Positions 12,931-27,157 of a stretch of 64,000 nt of DNA are shown here, one piece after another (within the stretch, counting starts at the first letter, position 1; each line of letters opens with the position of its first letter). The notes below the pieces were generated by a model. The model was not told the DNA's origin, searched no databases, and saw nothing but the letters and a program-made list of their open reading frames with translations. The translations under genes were made by a program, and so were the position numbers. This DNA is from Felis catus (taxonomy: Eukaryota). The stretch is from assembly GCF_018350175.1 (NCBI RefSeq), contig NC_058368.1, forward strand, positions 123,568,001-123,632,000, in the 5' to 3' direction.

Positions 12931-13016
12931 TATCTATATATATGTATATATATATACACACATATATATGTATGTATGTATATATGTGTGTATATATATA
13001 CATATATATATATATC
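12931..13016. repeat. (TA)n/(TATG)n microsatellite at the position of the RPL12 retrocopy tail
   Basis: tatatatatgtatatatatatacacacatatatatgtatgtatg... lies between the left TSD and the RPL12 3' UTR. Confidence 0.85.
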
Positions 13017-13067
13017 TTTTGGTCGTCATCTTACCCTTTATTAAAATAGTTTACTTTGTAGTTCTTA

Positions 13068-13196
<129 letters not shown>

Positions 13197-13258
13197 CTAA
13201 TGATCCATGCCGCATCTCTCAGGCAATGTTGACAATCTCATCAAAAGTGATATTTCCA

Positions 13259-13681
<423 letters not shown>

Positions 13682-14322
13682 TTAATGATATTTTTTGATT
13701 AACAGAAATTCTTGGTTGTAGTTCACTCTGATTTATCAAACTTAATTTTTGGTTAATAATTTTATGTACTGTTTCGTAAAATATAAAAATAATTCTCTCA
13801 TTTTATCTTCTAGAGGCTTTGTTGTTTTGCCTTTCACAGTTATATCTAAAATCCACATATAATTGATTTTTGGATGTAAAAGCATGTGGGTCAGATTAAA
13901 TTCCCCTTGGCTTTCTAGTCCACCAAATGCCATTTATTGTCATTACTTTTGACCAATGAATCCAACCACAAAAAATATTCTCTAACTGTAATATTTTGGT
14001 AAAAGCAAAAGTATTAAATGTTTATTGAAGGTCCTCTTGTATGTAAATGTTTAACATTATTTTAATTCATGGTTTTTAAAAATATTAAGTTAGTGTGAGC
14101 TGTAAAACATTTTTAAAGCAAAACTTCCAAGAAACTTTGAAATATCAAAGGAGTGATATTCAGTTTTATTAGGGTATTCTGGGCTTTAGCCAGTTTTGAT
14201 TTGTTTCATCTCCTTCCATGCCTTTTTCTGTCAATGACATATATAATACATGGAGTAATATTTTATGGACTCATCCTTAAAGTAAAAATTGCAGAACTGA
14301 TTTTTAACCATTTACTTTTCAG

Positions 14323-14460
14323 GAAACGTTTTGATGGTAAATTACAATCGGAGTCAACTAATACTGCAAAAACCAAGAGAGATGCAGATTTTGAGGGCAC
14401 AGATGAACCCATATTTGGAAAGAAGCCTAGGGTGGAAGAATCAATAAATGAAGATTTAAG
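14323..14460 (+). CDS. MTREX: MTREX exon 2 (138 nt)
   Basis: tttcag|G KRFDGKLQSESTNTAKTKRDADFEGTDEPIFGKKPRVEESINEDL; donor AG|GTAGTA. Confidence 0.95.
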
Positions 14461-15828
14461 GTAGTATTCCCATTGGCATAAATGTCAGTAACTCTTAAAT
14501 GGTTGCGTGAAGTTTTGAAAATTACTTAAATGATGCTACTTTATGAAAGTGTTAAATTCAAGAAATGAAAAATATATTTTAGGTATATATTCATACAAAA
14601 ATATAGAACATCTGTATAAGTTTGGGGAAACGGAAGACAACATAGAAGAGTCATCTTTTAATGTTTTAGAATCCAACTTGTGAGAAAGAATCGTGAAGCC
14701 TGATTTTTTTTTTTAAGAAAAAAACCCCACATTTCCTTTATTTATTAATGTCAAAGAATAGGATGGAACACAGAGAGTGGAATAAATGGAAAGAATAAAA
14801 CTGACCCAATGGAAAAAGTAATTGAAAAGGAATGTTAAGAGGAATTAGATTTTTACTGTTACGTGTTGGAATAGAGTGGCTCTGAATCTCAAGACTGCTA
14901 TCAGTGAGGGAGACCATGGATTTCTCTGACTGAAATAGCTGGTATTTCTCTTCTCTTTATAAAAGTTGGTGTCAGTTACTTAGGTTAACCTGTTTGTTAT
15001 TGTGTGATGGATCTTCACAGCTTTACTTCTTTCTTCTTGTATGCCATATTTTGGCTTGGCACTACCATGAAGAATTTACTCTGAATTTTTTAAACTAGTT
15101 AGCTGTTGTAGTTAGCAGAAGTTACTACTGTAAATGGTGGTAGATATGTCACTGAAATATTTCTGATACACCGTTTTACAATGCTAGTGGAATAGGTTAC
15201 AGAATAATAGTGGCAATTTAAAATCATTGTTGCTTATTATAGTAACCCTTGGGTTTTGTTCAAAGTATGATTGGTTATTGATTTAAATAAAAATCAAAAG
15301 TAAATAAGAATAGTATAAAAATACATCTATTTTTCTTTACTTTGTCCACAGTCATGTCCTTTCAGAATCTAAACAGAACCTAGATGAGTATAACTTAAGA
15401 TTTTGAATAGGGAACACTTCTGTTAATTATAGCAATGTCTGTATTAAGCTAGTTTATTTTGTACTGTTTATCATGTGTAATGGTTTTTATAACGAGCTTC
15501 GTGTTTTGAAGTAGTGACAATGCTTTGGAACGGGTACTTTTTTTTAAATAGTTACTGGAATTCAGCTGACATAATTCTTTGAGTAATCCACTTGGCATCT
15601 GTTCTGTATTTGTAAAATAGATGTTAACTGATTTTGAATTCTCAGCCTATATTTGAATAATGTGAACACTTTTTTGAATATTCTTAATAGCCAGATTTTT
15701 TCCAATTTGTAATACTCATAATTAGGCAGTGTCCTTTTCCTTAGCAATTCATACAGGAGGCTTATTATCTAATCATAGAAAAATAATGTATTTTAACACA
15801 GCTTTAATACTTTTTTTTTTTTTTTAAG

Positions 15829-15895
15829 TTTGGCTGACTTGATGCCCAGAGTCAAGGTACAATCAGTTGAAACTGTTGAAGGGTGTACACATGAG
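15829..15895 (+). CDS. MTREX: MTREX exon 3 (67 nt)
   Basis: LADLMPRVKVQSVETVEGCTHE; ttaag| acceptor and |GTAAGC donor. Confidence 0.95.
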
Positions 15896-16130
15896 GTAAG
15901 CACAAACAGTATATGGAAATTGGTGTTATAAATGGAAGTTTGCTTTGGACTATCTAATATGATCAGCCAGCCATTTAGCCTCAGGGGCTTTGGAAACAAT
16001 TACAGTTTCTGTAGGGTATATAGTCAGGTGGAAGGAGCTGGGGTTTTGTATCCTAACCTGAGCTAGTATCTTGAACAACACTTTATCTTGAACAGCACTT
16101 TAACTACAGTCTTGGATAAATTTCTTAACC

Positions 16131-16333
16131 TTTTTTTTTTTTAATGTTTGTTTATTTTTGAGAGACATAGAGACAGGCCACGAGGGGGGAGAGGCAGACA
16201 CACAGAATCCAAAGTAGGCTGCAGGCTCTGAGCTGTCAGCACAGAGTCTGATATGGGGTTTGAACTCATGAACCGTGAGATCATGACCTGAGCCAAAGTT
16301 CGATGCTTAACCAACTGAACCACAAGGTGCCCC
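16131..16333 (-). mobile_element. CAN-SINE
   Basis: TSD AAATTTCTTAACCTTTT. Confidence 0.9.
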
Positions 16334-18375
16334 AAATTTCTTAACCTTTTTGACATTGTTTTTTAAAATTTTTAAATTTGGAATAATGTGTTGGTTGTGA
16401 AGATTATAGAAGAAAATTAGTGTAAGTTACCCAGCACAGAGTAGGTGTTCAATACCCATTCATCCCCTTACTCCCAAAGTCAAGTAACAGTGCCATTTTA
16501 TAGGTCACATGCTTTTTCATGTCCTGCTCTGGTTACTGATACATTGCAATTTCATTATTCGCCACAAGGTGGTAACCACTGATAGCTTGTAGTACCCCTT
16601 TTAGAAGAATTTATAAATATAAGGGACTAAAAAACGTTAAGAGAACTGTAACACTGTTTATACTAATAAAATCTTATTAAAAGTCTTTATTGAATAAGCA
16701 GAGTAATTCCGAATTAAAATGGCTTTTGATAAACATTTATAACCTTATTTTTTTAAATACCTGTTTTTTAGCACTTGTTTCTATGAGTTCCTTTGTATTC
16801 CTTTAGAATAGCACTTAGTTTGGAATTTGTAATACCCATTTGATCATTCAGTACTTATGTTAGACCGTATTCATTGCTCTGGTATTAAAAAAGATGGGAG
16901 GGAGGCCACACAATTTGCTCTTAAGAGGTTACAAGTTCTTGCTGTCCTTCACAATTCTCCACAGTCCCTCCTTCTGTCACTTCTCAGTTTTTTAGCAGCT
17001 AACTTTACCTTTTACTTCATTTAGAGGGTTGAGGCTATCAAATTGGAGTGTCCTCTGTTTATAACCTTCTTCACCAAGCCTGTTCACACCTGTCCTGTCA
17101 ACTAAAAGGAAAAGGCAATGCTAAGGAGGCTTGTTCAGCTAGTGTTCTTGGTTGTAACTTGTCATGCTTTCACAATGACCTAAAAGCCTTCATTTTCCCT
17201 TGTTTCTAGAGTGGAGTCTCTTCTGTATTTGCCCTTCCCTATCAGCATGTGAATATTCAGAAGATTCTCTTATTCTAGGTTGCTTTTCAGCCACTATGTT
17301 GTTTTTTTCCCCCTTTTGTGGTCATTCAATCAGTATATATCTTTAGAGTGCCAGGAACATTGTATTATTCACTAAGTATAAAGAAATAGAAGAGATGTGG
17401 TCCCTTACTTTTGAGAGTTGCTATTGAGTACTCTGCTAGGAAAATCCCTGCTAGACTTTCTAACTTGCCATTCATTTTTATAAATACACTATAATTAGAT
17501 TTCTTCTTTCTCCATTTCTTTCAAACTGTTGTCACAAGAATCACCAATGACTATTTAGTATGTCTGTTTGACTCTTGATCATTTTGCTGTTTTTTTATTT
17601 ATCTGACTCTTAGTCTCTCTTTCCTACCATTACACGTTAGTGTTACCCAGACTGTTCTCAGAGAATAAAAACAAAAACTTTTTGATTTTTATACATGTGA
17701 AACATAACCTATTATTCTTGCTGCTGTTAAATCTTACAGAAGCTAAAATCCTAATTGCTTCACATTGATGTTCTTGGTTCATGTCATAGAAAGTACCAAA
17801 AGAGATGTGAGAGGGTCACTCAACTGATGAGATACAGCCATATAAGTTAATCATATCTTAATGGGGATCATAACATGATTTGGAGTCTAGGCTTCAGATT
17901 TTCAGATCCAGAAATTTGATTTTCTCAGTGTACCAACAGTTGTGCTTTCTTGGATAGACTCACTTTTGTCATATTCATAAGAGATGGACGTATACAAAAA
18001 CATGTCATTTCCTTAATTTAAAGCATAAGTAGTTGTCTCACTATCAAACTACCTGTAAATTTCTTAGAATCCTAATAAAGAGGAATATACAGTATTAAGG
18101 GAAAGACTAGTGAAAACTATTCTGTCCCCCAGAAATATTCATTCATTAATAAAAACATTTGATAAGTATTTCTTAATGTATGCAGCATAAAATACCACAT
18201 TCTTACTTATCTCACCTTTATAGATTCCATTTAGAATGTCACAGTCCTTCTAACACATTCATTATACTGGGTATTACTATTCATTGGGTTTCATAATTTA
18301 CTAAGTTTCACTATTTTAAATTAGGATCAGAGTCTAGTTATTCATTTTTTAAATACAATCCACATTGTGGTTATA

Positions 18376-18821
18376 TGTTTGACCCTGAGCAACAGGAGTT
18401 TGAATACAGATTTTTTTTTTTTTTTTTTTTTTTAAAGTAAGCTTCATGCCCAGTATAGAGTCCAACTTGGGGCTTGAATTCATGACCCTGAGATAAGAGT
18501 CAGATGCTTAACTGAGCACCCAGGCGCCCCTAAATGTAGACTTTTTTTTTTTTTTTTGATAAATACAATACTGTAAATATATATTCTCTTCCTTAGGGTT
18601 TTCTTAATTTCATTTTCTCTAGCTTACTTTATCATAAGAATACAGTATAAAATACATGTATATAATATGTGTTAATCAACTATATTACCAGTAAGGCTTC
18701 TGGTTAACAGTAGGCTACTGATAGTAAAGTTTTAGGGGAATCAGAAATTACACGTGGATTTTTGACTGCATGGGGGGGTGGGGGGGTTGTTGCCCCAAAC
18801 CCCATGTTCACGGGTCAGCTG
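18376..18821. mobile_element. Tigger2a-like DNA transposon with a nested short SINE (~18411-18530)
   Basis: TIR-like ends TTGACCCTGAGCAACAGG and ATGTTCACGGGTCAGCTG-TA; internal TAGCTTACTTTATCATAAGAATACAGTAT and GTAAGGCTTCTGGTTAACAGTAGGCTA. Confidence 0.75.
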
Positions 18822-19024
18822 TAATTGAGTTGGAAATTTACTGAAGATTTCTTAGTATTGCTAAGGTGGGTAATCTCATGTAATACTTGCTTATTTAGAT
18901 TTTGCTCTTATAAATTATTTCTAATTTTAGTGTGTACCTTATTTTGCCCCTGTGCATTATTTGAACACTAAATGGTTTAATTCTTAGGAATTTAGATACA
19001 TTATGAACTGCTGCTCTCCAGATC

Positions 19025-19345
19025 TTTTTTTTTTTTTTTTTTTTACACTTTTATTTCAGAGAGAGCACGAGTGCCCACACAAGCTAGGGAGAGGGGCAAA
19101 GGTAGGGAGAGAGAGAATCCCAAGCAGGCTCTATGCACAGCATCAGCCTGATACAGGTTTCAGAGAGAGAGAGAGAGAGTGAGTACCCACACAAGCTAGG
19201 GAGAGGGGCAGAGAGAAGGAGAGAGAGAATCCCAAGCAGGTCTATGCACAGCATGAGCCTGACAGAGGTGTATCGATCCCACCACCCTGGGATCATGATC
19301 TGAGCTGGGTTGGGCACTCAGCCGACTGAGCCACCCAGTTGCCCC
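19025..19345 (-). mobile_element. CAN-SINE with an internal tandem duplication
   Basis: TSD TGCTCTCCAGATCTT; duplicated CCCACACAAGCTAGGGAGAGGGGCA...CAGCAT.AGCCTGA. Confidence 0.88.
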
Positions 19346-19812
19346 TGCTCTCCAGATCTTAACCTTTACTGGAGGAAAAGAAAGTTTCTGCTTTAGGAAA
19401 TATGGAGTAGTATTTTATTCTACATGGTTTTCTTTCATGTGGCAGCGTCCGTTTTTGTGTCCACTTAGCTTTTTTGAGCTAATATTAATTCCTTAATATT
19501 AGGCAGTACATTACATGTGGAAAATACAAAGATACCTAAGATAGGTCCTAGACCTTAATAAACACAATTTCTTTAGGGAAATGGACTTAAAGGGTTTTAA
19601 TCCCCTTACCGTTAGATAAACATAAGTAGAGGTTTTTTGATTATTGTAGCTTTAGCATTTGTCTTGTTCTTAAAAGCAGTTATTTAATTTTATAGTGTCT
19701 AAGACTGTAGCAGACCCTATCACTTGTACTTTTCAAGCCAGCATTAATTATGGAATGTTGAATGTTCATCAGTTCTCGAATAGTAAGTTGGTGATTTTTG
19801 TTTTAACATTAG

Positions 19813-19875
19813 GTTGCACTTCCTGCAGATGAAGATTATTTACCACTTAAACCTCGAGTTGGAAAAGCTGCAAAG
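19813..19875 (+). CDS. MTREX: MTREX exon 4 (63 nt)
   Basis: VALPADEDYLPLKPRVGKAAK; attag| and |GTCTGT. Confidence 0.94.
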
Positions 19876-20731
19876 GTCTGTACTTTGGGCAATACAGTTT
19901 GTACAGTTTTGTGTCTCTTTTCTAAAAATCTTAAAGATAAATTCTTTCAAATGAGATTTTTATACTTCCCAGTGTGTGTATACCAAGAAGAAGCTACCTG
20001 AAGTCAAATATAATGAGAACCAAATCAGTAAACTACCATGAAGAAAATCATGCATGATGTGATGAGATTTTTAAAAATGAAAGTAATGATTCTCCACATT
20101 CTTAAAGAATTTAATGAAAAATATGTCCATCTTTCTTTAGAAAAAAAGCATGTGTGCAATGTCATACATATAGTTTGAGAAGTTTAACAAGCTTTTAATG
20201 AAACTTTAATGCTTATGTTAAATGGATTTTGAAGTACTGGTAGACCTTAAATGATAATTCAGATTTTCAGAGTCATTTTTCTCTAAATGAAAAACGGAGC
20301 ATTTCTTCAAGTCTAGTAGATGTATTATTCTGCCTCTGCTGAGGGAACTGAAGTGAACTCGAGCAGAGTTCCCATCTGAATGGAAAGAATACCTATTTTA
20401 GGGGTTGCTGTAAAGGTTAATAATGTATGGAAAATGTGTTGCACAGTGCCTACCACAAAACATGTTGACAAATGGCAGTGTTACCCTGTTATAACTAATA
20501 TAACGTGTATGTTAGCATAGTAAATTGAAAGATAGCAGAATTAGCTTCTGTGCTGTTTAAAGGTGTTTTTTTAGTCTTCCTAATTTTCTCTGGTGGGTGG
20601 CATAATTTTTAAATAGAATCATAAAGAAGTGTTCCCAGAATGCTTCTGAGGGGGCTAGCATCTCTTGATTTTAAGTGTGTTCTGATATGGCTAGATATTT
20701 TCATGCCAATACTATTTTTTTTCTTTTATAG

Positions 20732-20844
20732 GAATACCCGTTCATTCTTGATGCTTTTCAAAGAGAAGCCATTCAGTGTGTTGATAATAATCAGTCTGTT
20801 TTAGTATCTGCACATACATCAGCAGGAAAAACTGTATGCGCCGA
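20732..20844 (+). CDS. MTREX: MTREX exon 5 (113 nt; Q motif and Walker A)
   Basis: [37 protein letters not shown]; |GTGAGT. Confidence 0.97.
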
Positions 20845-20889
20845 GTGAGTAGCTTTCTATTTAAAGGAAATTTTAGGCCTGTTAATATT

Positions 20890-21295
20890 TGTTCCTATGC
20901 TGGTTTCTGATGTTATATTCTCTTGTTGGATTGACTCCTTTATTATTATATAATGTTCTTTTTTTATTTCTTATTATAGTCTTCGTTTTAAAGTCTATTT
21001 TGTCTGATCTGAGTGTGGTCTTCCCTGCTTAATTTTGGTTTCCATTTGCATGGAATATCCTTTTCCCGTTCCTTTACTTTCAGTCTGTGTGTGTCCTTAT
21101 ATCTGAAGCGAGTCTCTTTAGGCAGCATATAGCTGAGTTTTGTGGTTTTTATTCCATTCAGCTACTCTGTGTCTTTTTATTGGGGAATTTAGTCTATCTA
21201 CATTTAAAGTAATGATAGATAACGTACTTATTGCCATTTTATTAATTGTTTTTTGGCTGTTTTGTGTTCCTCTGTTCCATTCTTGTTTTACTGTG
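20890..21295 (-). mobile_element. Old L1 fragment (start of ORF2 endonuclease), antisense to MTREX
   Basis: Minus-strand ORF ...LSIITLNVDRLNSPIKRHRVAEW..KTQLYAA matches the L1 ORF2 EN N-terminus. Confidence 0.85.
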
Positions 21296-21297
21296 TA

Positions 21298-21515
21298 CTT
21301 TTTTTTTTTTTTCAACGTTTATTTATTTTTGGGACAGAGAGAGACAGAGCATGAACGGGGGAGGGGCAGAGAGAGAGGGAGACACAGAATCGGAAACAGA
21401 CTCCAGGCTCTGAGCCATCAGCCCAGGGCCTGACGCGGGGCTCGAACTCACGGACCGCGAGATCGTGACCTGGCTGAAGTCGGACACTTAACTGACTGCG
21501 CCACCCAGGTGCCCC
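21298..21515 (-). mobile_element. Young feline SINE
   Basis: TSD TACTGTGTACTTTT. Confidence 0.92.
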
Positions 21516-21588
21516 TACTGTGTACTTTTTAAAAGAATTTTTGAAATAACTTTATTTTTTAATCTCACCCTTTACAAGTTTAAATTTT

Positions 21589-21815
21589 GGGGCTCCTGGG
21601 TGGCTCAGATGATGATTAAGCGTCTCACTTCAGCTCAGGTCATGATCTCCGGGTTCATGAGTTTGTACCCCACATTGGGCTCCCTGCTGTGGAGTGGCTC
21701 CCACAGAGCCACTTCAGATCCTCTCTCCCCCTCTCTCTGCCCCTCCCCTGCTAGCATGCTCGCTCGCTTGGTCTCTCTCTCCCTCAAAAATAAATAAAAA
21801 CTAAGAAAAAAATTC
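21589..21815 (+). mobile_element. CAN-SINE
   Basis: GGGGCTCCTGGGTGGCTCAG...AAAAATAAATAAAA. Confidence 0.85.
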
Positions 21816-22213
21816 TTTTTACTGTTTAAATTTTTTTGATTTTTGCAAGTAAAGACAGTTTTACTTCTTTCTATTTTAAATACTTTTAATGTCTTGCCTT
21901 ATTGAACTGACTAGCACAGCCTAGTACAATGTTGAATGGAAGAGATGAGAGAGGACATCCTTGCCTTGTTCCTGATATTAAGTCTTCATCAGCATGTTAT
22001 TATCTATAGGTTTTTCTTAGATGCTTTTTATCATTTTAAGGAAGTTCACTTCTGAGTTTGCTTGTGTGTGTTTATATGCCTATAGAATATTTTGCTATTG
22101 TATTTTGTCCAATTTTTTTTCTGTTAATATAATGAATACATTAATTTTCAAATAATAAACCAGTCTGAGATAAACCACAAGGTTATGATACATATGCTTG
22201 TAATAAATAGCAG

Positions 22214-23018
22214 TGTTGTGATTTATAAGATACATATTTAGTCATTTTGATGACCAAATACATGTTTCTTGTATGTATTTAGTCTTCATCCATGGTTCCT
22301 GGGTCAAGTCTTCTAAAACCCTTGGAATTTCATGTGATAAGAGCAATAAAGGTCTTTTGTTACGTTTTAATGAGTTGACTTTGGATGGACTGGTTGCCAG
22401 GAGAACCAACTATGTGATCCCTGTAGAGTAGAGGGAAGAGGGCTGAGGGTTGAATCAGCCACTGACCAATGACTTAGTCGTGACTGTGATGTGAAGCTTC
22501 CATAAACCCAAAAGGACTCAGGTCAGTGAGGTTCCAGGTTGGTGAACATGTGCAGATGTTCTGGGAACAGATGTTCCAGAATAATGCACACCTGGATAGG
22601 AAGGGCATTGGGAGATCTTCATCCCTTCCCCATACCTTGCCCTGTGTATTTCTTCATCTGGTTGTTGTGTATCTGTTAATATAATGGCAAATATAATTAG
22701 TATATTTACTGAGCTCTGTGAACTGCTCCAGCAAATTAATCTGTACCAAGGAGGAAGTTGTTGGAACCCTCTATCTGAAATCACTTGGTCAAAAGCACAG
22801 GTATCTGGCCTGGAGCTTGCTACTGGCATCTGAAGTGGGGGCTGGAGGACAGTGTTAACTGAGCCCTTAATATGTAGAATCTGTTGCTATCTCTGGGGAG
22901 TGTCAGAATTTAGTTGAATTCTCAGACACCCTGCCAATGCCTGAGAATTGGTTGGTGGTGCGAGTGGGGGACCCTCTCCCATGTTTGAATTGGGTCTAGG
23001 AATCCCCCCAAAATTCAT
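22214..23018 (+). mobile_element. MER21-like solo LTR inserted in an old antisense L1
   Basis: Starts TGTTGTGAT. Carries MER21-type motifs CTGGTTGCCAGGAGAACCAAC, CCATACCTTGCCCTGTGTATTTCTTCATCTG, ACTGGCATCTGAAGTGGGGG and AGTGTCAGAATT. L1 sequence resumes on both sides. Confidence 0.7.
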
Positions 23019-23819
23019 GTTGGTAGATACATTACTGGATTAGATTTGCTTAAATTGTGGTAAGAATTTTTGCTTCTGTTCATGAAGGATGTTGGTCTGT
23101 AGTTTTATTGTAGTATCTTTTTTTGGTTTTGGTATCAGGGTAATGTTATCTGTTTTTTTTACAGATTAGTCTGCTAAACTGATGCTGTCTGAACAACATC
23201 ATTCTTCTTCTTAAAGAAACATTTTTACAGTTAATGGTAGCACAAATCTCTTGATGAAAAATTCTTTTAATTTTTTCTTTCTTTTGGTAAAGATTTTATT
23301 TTTAAGTAATCTCTCCATCCAACGTGGGGGTCAAACCCCCAACTGCAAGATACTAGAGTTTCATGGTCCTCCAACTGAGCCAACCAGGTGCCACTCTTCC
23401 ACCTTTTGTATATCTAAAACATCTTTTACTTTGCCTTCATTTTTGACAGATACTTGCAGTCAATAAAGAATTCTAATTCCTCTAAGAGTACTTTTTGACT
23501 TGCATAGTTTATGACAGGAAATCCCTGTCATCCTTACCTTGTTCCTCTGCAGATAATGTATCGTTTTTTTCTTGGCTACTTTTAATTAAGATTTTATCTT
23601 TATCAGGGTTTTAAGCAGTTTATTTATTTTTAGAGAGAGAGAGAGGAGAGCATGAGCTCTGGGGAGAGGGGCAGATGGCGAGAGAGAATCATAAGCAGGC
23701 TCCATGCTCAGCGCGGAGCCATGCTCCATCCCATGACCCTGGGATCATGACCTAAGCAGAAATCAAAATTGGGCGCTCAGCCCACTGACCCACCCAGTCA
23801 CCCCTTAACCAATTTATAA

Positions 23820-25450
23820 GGCTGGTTGATGTAGTTTTTTTCATGTTTCTTGGACTTTGGGTTTGTTTTTCCATGTTGCCTCTGGCTTCTCTTCTTTAAG
23901 GTCTCTGATTACTATTACATTGGGCTACTTAAAGTTGCCTCATGATTCATTGATACTGTGTTCATTTTGGGCCTGTTCTAATGCTGTATCTTCCAATTCA
24001 TTAATCTTTGCTTCTGCATTGTCTAATATGTCATTAATCCCATTCCATGTATTTTTATCTCGGATGTTGTTATTTGTTATTAGCTCAGATTTTCCTTGCT
24101 GGAAGTTTATTTTTATGTGTGGTGGGTTTTTTTGTTTTTTGTTTTATTTCCCATTTGTCTTCTTACTACTTAACTTTTTTTTAGCTTCTTGAACATATGG
24201 AATACTGTTTACAAACTGTTTAAATGTCTTTGTTACTGCTTTTTTCATTTGTGTTACTTCTAATCTGTTTTGATTGACTTTTCCCTGTGTTACAGGTCCA
24301 TATTTTCCTCCTCCTGCATATTGTTTTGATGGAATGTTTCACTGTTAATTTTCATCACTGTCTTGGAGCAGTTTGATTATGATGTGACTTTACATAGTTC
24401 TTCTCATGTTTCTTGTGCTTGAGTTTGTTGGGCTTCTCAGATCTGTAGGTTTATTATAGTTTTCATCAAATTTGGGATAATTTCAGCAATTTTTTATTTC
24501 AAACATTCCCCATCCTCCTTTTTCCTTGGGATCTTCACTTAAACTTGTATCATGCCACTTTAAGTTGTCTCACAGCCCACTTACACTCTGTTTATTATTA
24601 TTTTGTTTTTTGGAGTTTATTCTGTGTTTTTCACTTTGGACAGCTTTTCTTGTTAGGTCTTCAAGTTTATTCATCTTTTTTTCCGCCATGTCTAATCTGA
24701 TATTAATTCTATCCAGTATATTTCAAATCAGACAATGGATTTTTCATCTCTACAAGTTTGATTTGGGTCTTTTAATTTTTTCCATTGTTTTTTTCTTACT
24801 GCTTTGTCTTTGTCATTCAGTTTGATAATGTTTCTAGGTGTGATTCTTTTTCATTTTTCCTGCTTGGGTTTATTGTATATGTCACATCTGTAGATTAATA
24901 TTTTTCTGTTTAAAACAAATTTAGGAAGTTTCTCACTGTTATTTTTTCACATAGTTTTTTCTTCTTCCTCACTTTGAATCTTCCACTGGGACACTGAGGT
25001 TGTTTCTTTTCCTTTCTTTAGATTCGATAATTTTTGTTGATCTATCTTCATATTTACTGATACTTTGTTCTGTCATCTCAAATCTGCTCTTGAACCCATC
25101 TAGTGAATTCTTCATTTCAGTTATTATACTTTTCACCTGTAGGGTTTTCATTTATGGATAAGTATAAACACAATATCTCTCTGTTCAGATGGCCTGTTTA
25201 TTGAATAATTACCCTCTATTTCCTTTAATTCTTAGAATATGGCTTCCTTTCATTTTTTGGACTGGTTTCTGATAGCTGCTTTGAAGTCTGTGTCTGCTAA
25301 GTCCAATATCTGGGCCCACTGAGAATTAGTTTCTCATGACTGCTTTTTTCCCTAGGGATGGATCATACTTCCCTGTTTCTTTTATCTTCTAATGTTTTGT
25401 TCGAAAGTGGACATTTTAGATAATATATTGTAGCATCTCTATATCCTTTT
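23820..25450 (-). mobile_element. Old L1 5'/ORF1-region fragments, antisense
   Basis: Minus ORF 24969-25151 SIITEMKNSLDGFKSRFEMTEQSISKYEDRS resembles the L1 ORF1p coiled coil; T-rich plus strand. Confidence 0.7.
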
Positions 25451-25601
25451 TTCTTTCATATCTTTCTCAAAGTTTGTGTTTGATCATGTTTGGATAGCTT
25501 TTAATTTTTTGTTTATTTAACTATTTGAGAAATATGGTTATATGGTTGTGATATCATTATTTCCTCAAATAGGTTATAAGCCTTTTGTGGGCCAGACTGT
25601 G

Positions 25602-25857
25602 TTTTTTTTTTGTTTTTTTTGTTTTTTTTTTTTTTTTAAATTTTTTTATGTTTATTTATTTTTGAGACAGAAACAGAGCATGAACGGGGGAGGGTCAGAG
25701 AGAGAGGGAGACATAGAATCCGAAGCAGGCTCCAGGCTCTGAGCACAGGCTCTGAGCCTCAGCACAGAGCCCGATGCGGGGCTCGAACCCACAGACCGTG
25801 AGATCATGACCTGAGCCGAAGTCGGACGCTCAATCGACTGAGCCACCCAGGCGCCCC
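25602..25857 (-). mobile_element. CAN-SINE
   Basis: TSD CCAGACTGTGTTTT; small internal duplication of GGCTCTGAGC. Confidence 0.9.
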
Positions 25858-26527
25858 CAGACTGTGTTTTAAACAAGAAGACTCTACCACAATGCTAACT
25901 TTAGTCATCATGGTCTATATTTAAATACTTAATTAAATTTTCTTTAGAAAACCAAAACTACTTTATTGCATTTTGTTAATAGCTATGGAGGAACTTTTCC
26001 ATAATTAGACCTACCATAATTCCAGGCAAGGACTGATTTGATATCTATTACATGTGGGAATGAATACATATGGATGAACTTATTTTTGAAACTCTAAAGA
26101 GCAAAGCTCATTTTCCAGTGTTCAGTAATTGTTTATGCTCTATATGTGTATAAACAGACAGGCAGAGGCTCTCAACTTTTGGAGGCTCATTTATAGAACC
26201 AAAAGTGTTTTACTTGGAAGAAATAGGGTAACCATTAGTAATCTTTTGGTATTAATAATTAAGTTGCATTAACTCCAAGAGACAAGAGTTAAAATTAAAT
26301 ATTCTTGTTTGGTTAGACCACTACATTTCAGATTTATTATAATAATTATTATTTTAATAGTTTGTTAGTAGTGATTAGAACAAGATACTCATGTTCTGCC
26401 AAGTCCATTGAAAATAAGTAATTAGGGGAAGTTGTGACAATTTATATATTAACAGAATTTTTAAATTACATACTTTAAAGAAAAGGTTTTGTAAATACTT
26501 GATTCTTATTTGCTTTCCCATTTCTAG

Positions 26528-26702
26528 GTATGCCATTGCATTGGCCTTAAGGGAAAAACAGCGTGTAATATTCACCAGCCCAATTAAGGCTCTGAGTAAC
26601 CAGAAATACCGAGAAATGTATGAAGAGTTTCAAGATGTTGGTTTGATGACTGGAGATGTTACTATTAATCCTACAGCATCTTGTCTTGTTATGACCACAG
26701 AG
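26528..26702 (+). CDS. MTREX: MTREX exon 6 (175 nt; motifs Ia/Ib)
   Basis: [58 protein letters not shown]; |GTAATT. Confidence 0.97.
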
Positions 26703-26949
26703 GTAATTTATATGGTGCCTCATCCAGTCTTTCCTTTTAAATTTAATTAATGTATTTATTCACTGAGAACACCTAATGCGTTTTACTTGCTCTATATAAA
26801 CAAAATGTAATGCTTTATTTTCTGAGATTTACTTGACAGGGAAAAAAGTTCATCTTAAAGGTCTATTTTTAGTAATTACATAAATTTAGTTGTAAATTTT
26901 AATATTTCTATTATTTGTCATATGATATAGATTTTTTTCACCAAATATT

Positions 26950-27157
26950 TTTATTTTTAATTAAAAAACGTTATTTTTTGAGAGAGAGTGCACTCGCAAG
27001 CAGAGGAGGGGCGGAGAGAGAGGGAGGGAGAAAATCAAGCCAGCTCCACACTCAGCACAGAGCCAGTAGTGTGGCTTGATCTCACAAACGTGAGATCATG
27101 ACCTGAGCTGTAATCAAGAGGCAGACACTGAACTGACTGAGCTCCCCGGGTAGCCCC
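26950..27157 (-). mobile_element. CAN-SINE (older)
   Basis: GAGATCATGACCTGAGCTG... Confidence 0.8.
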
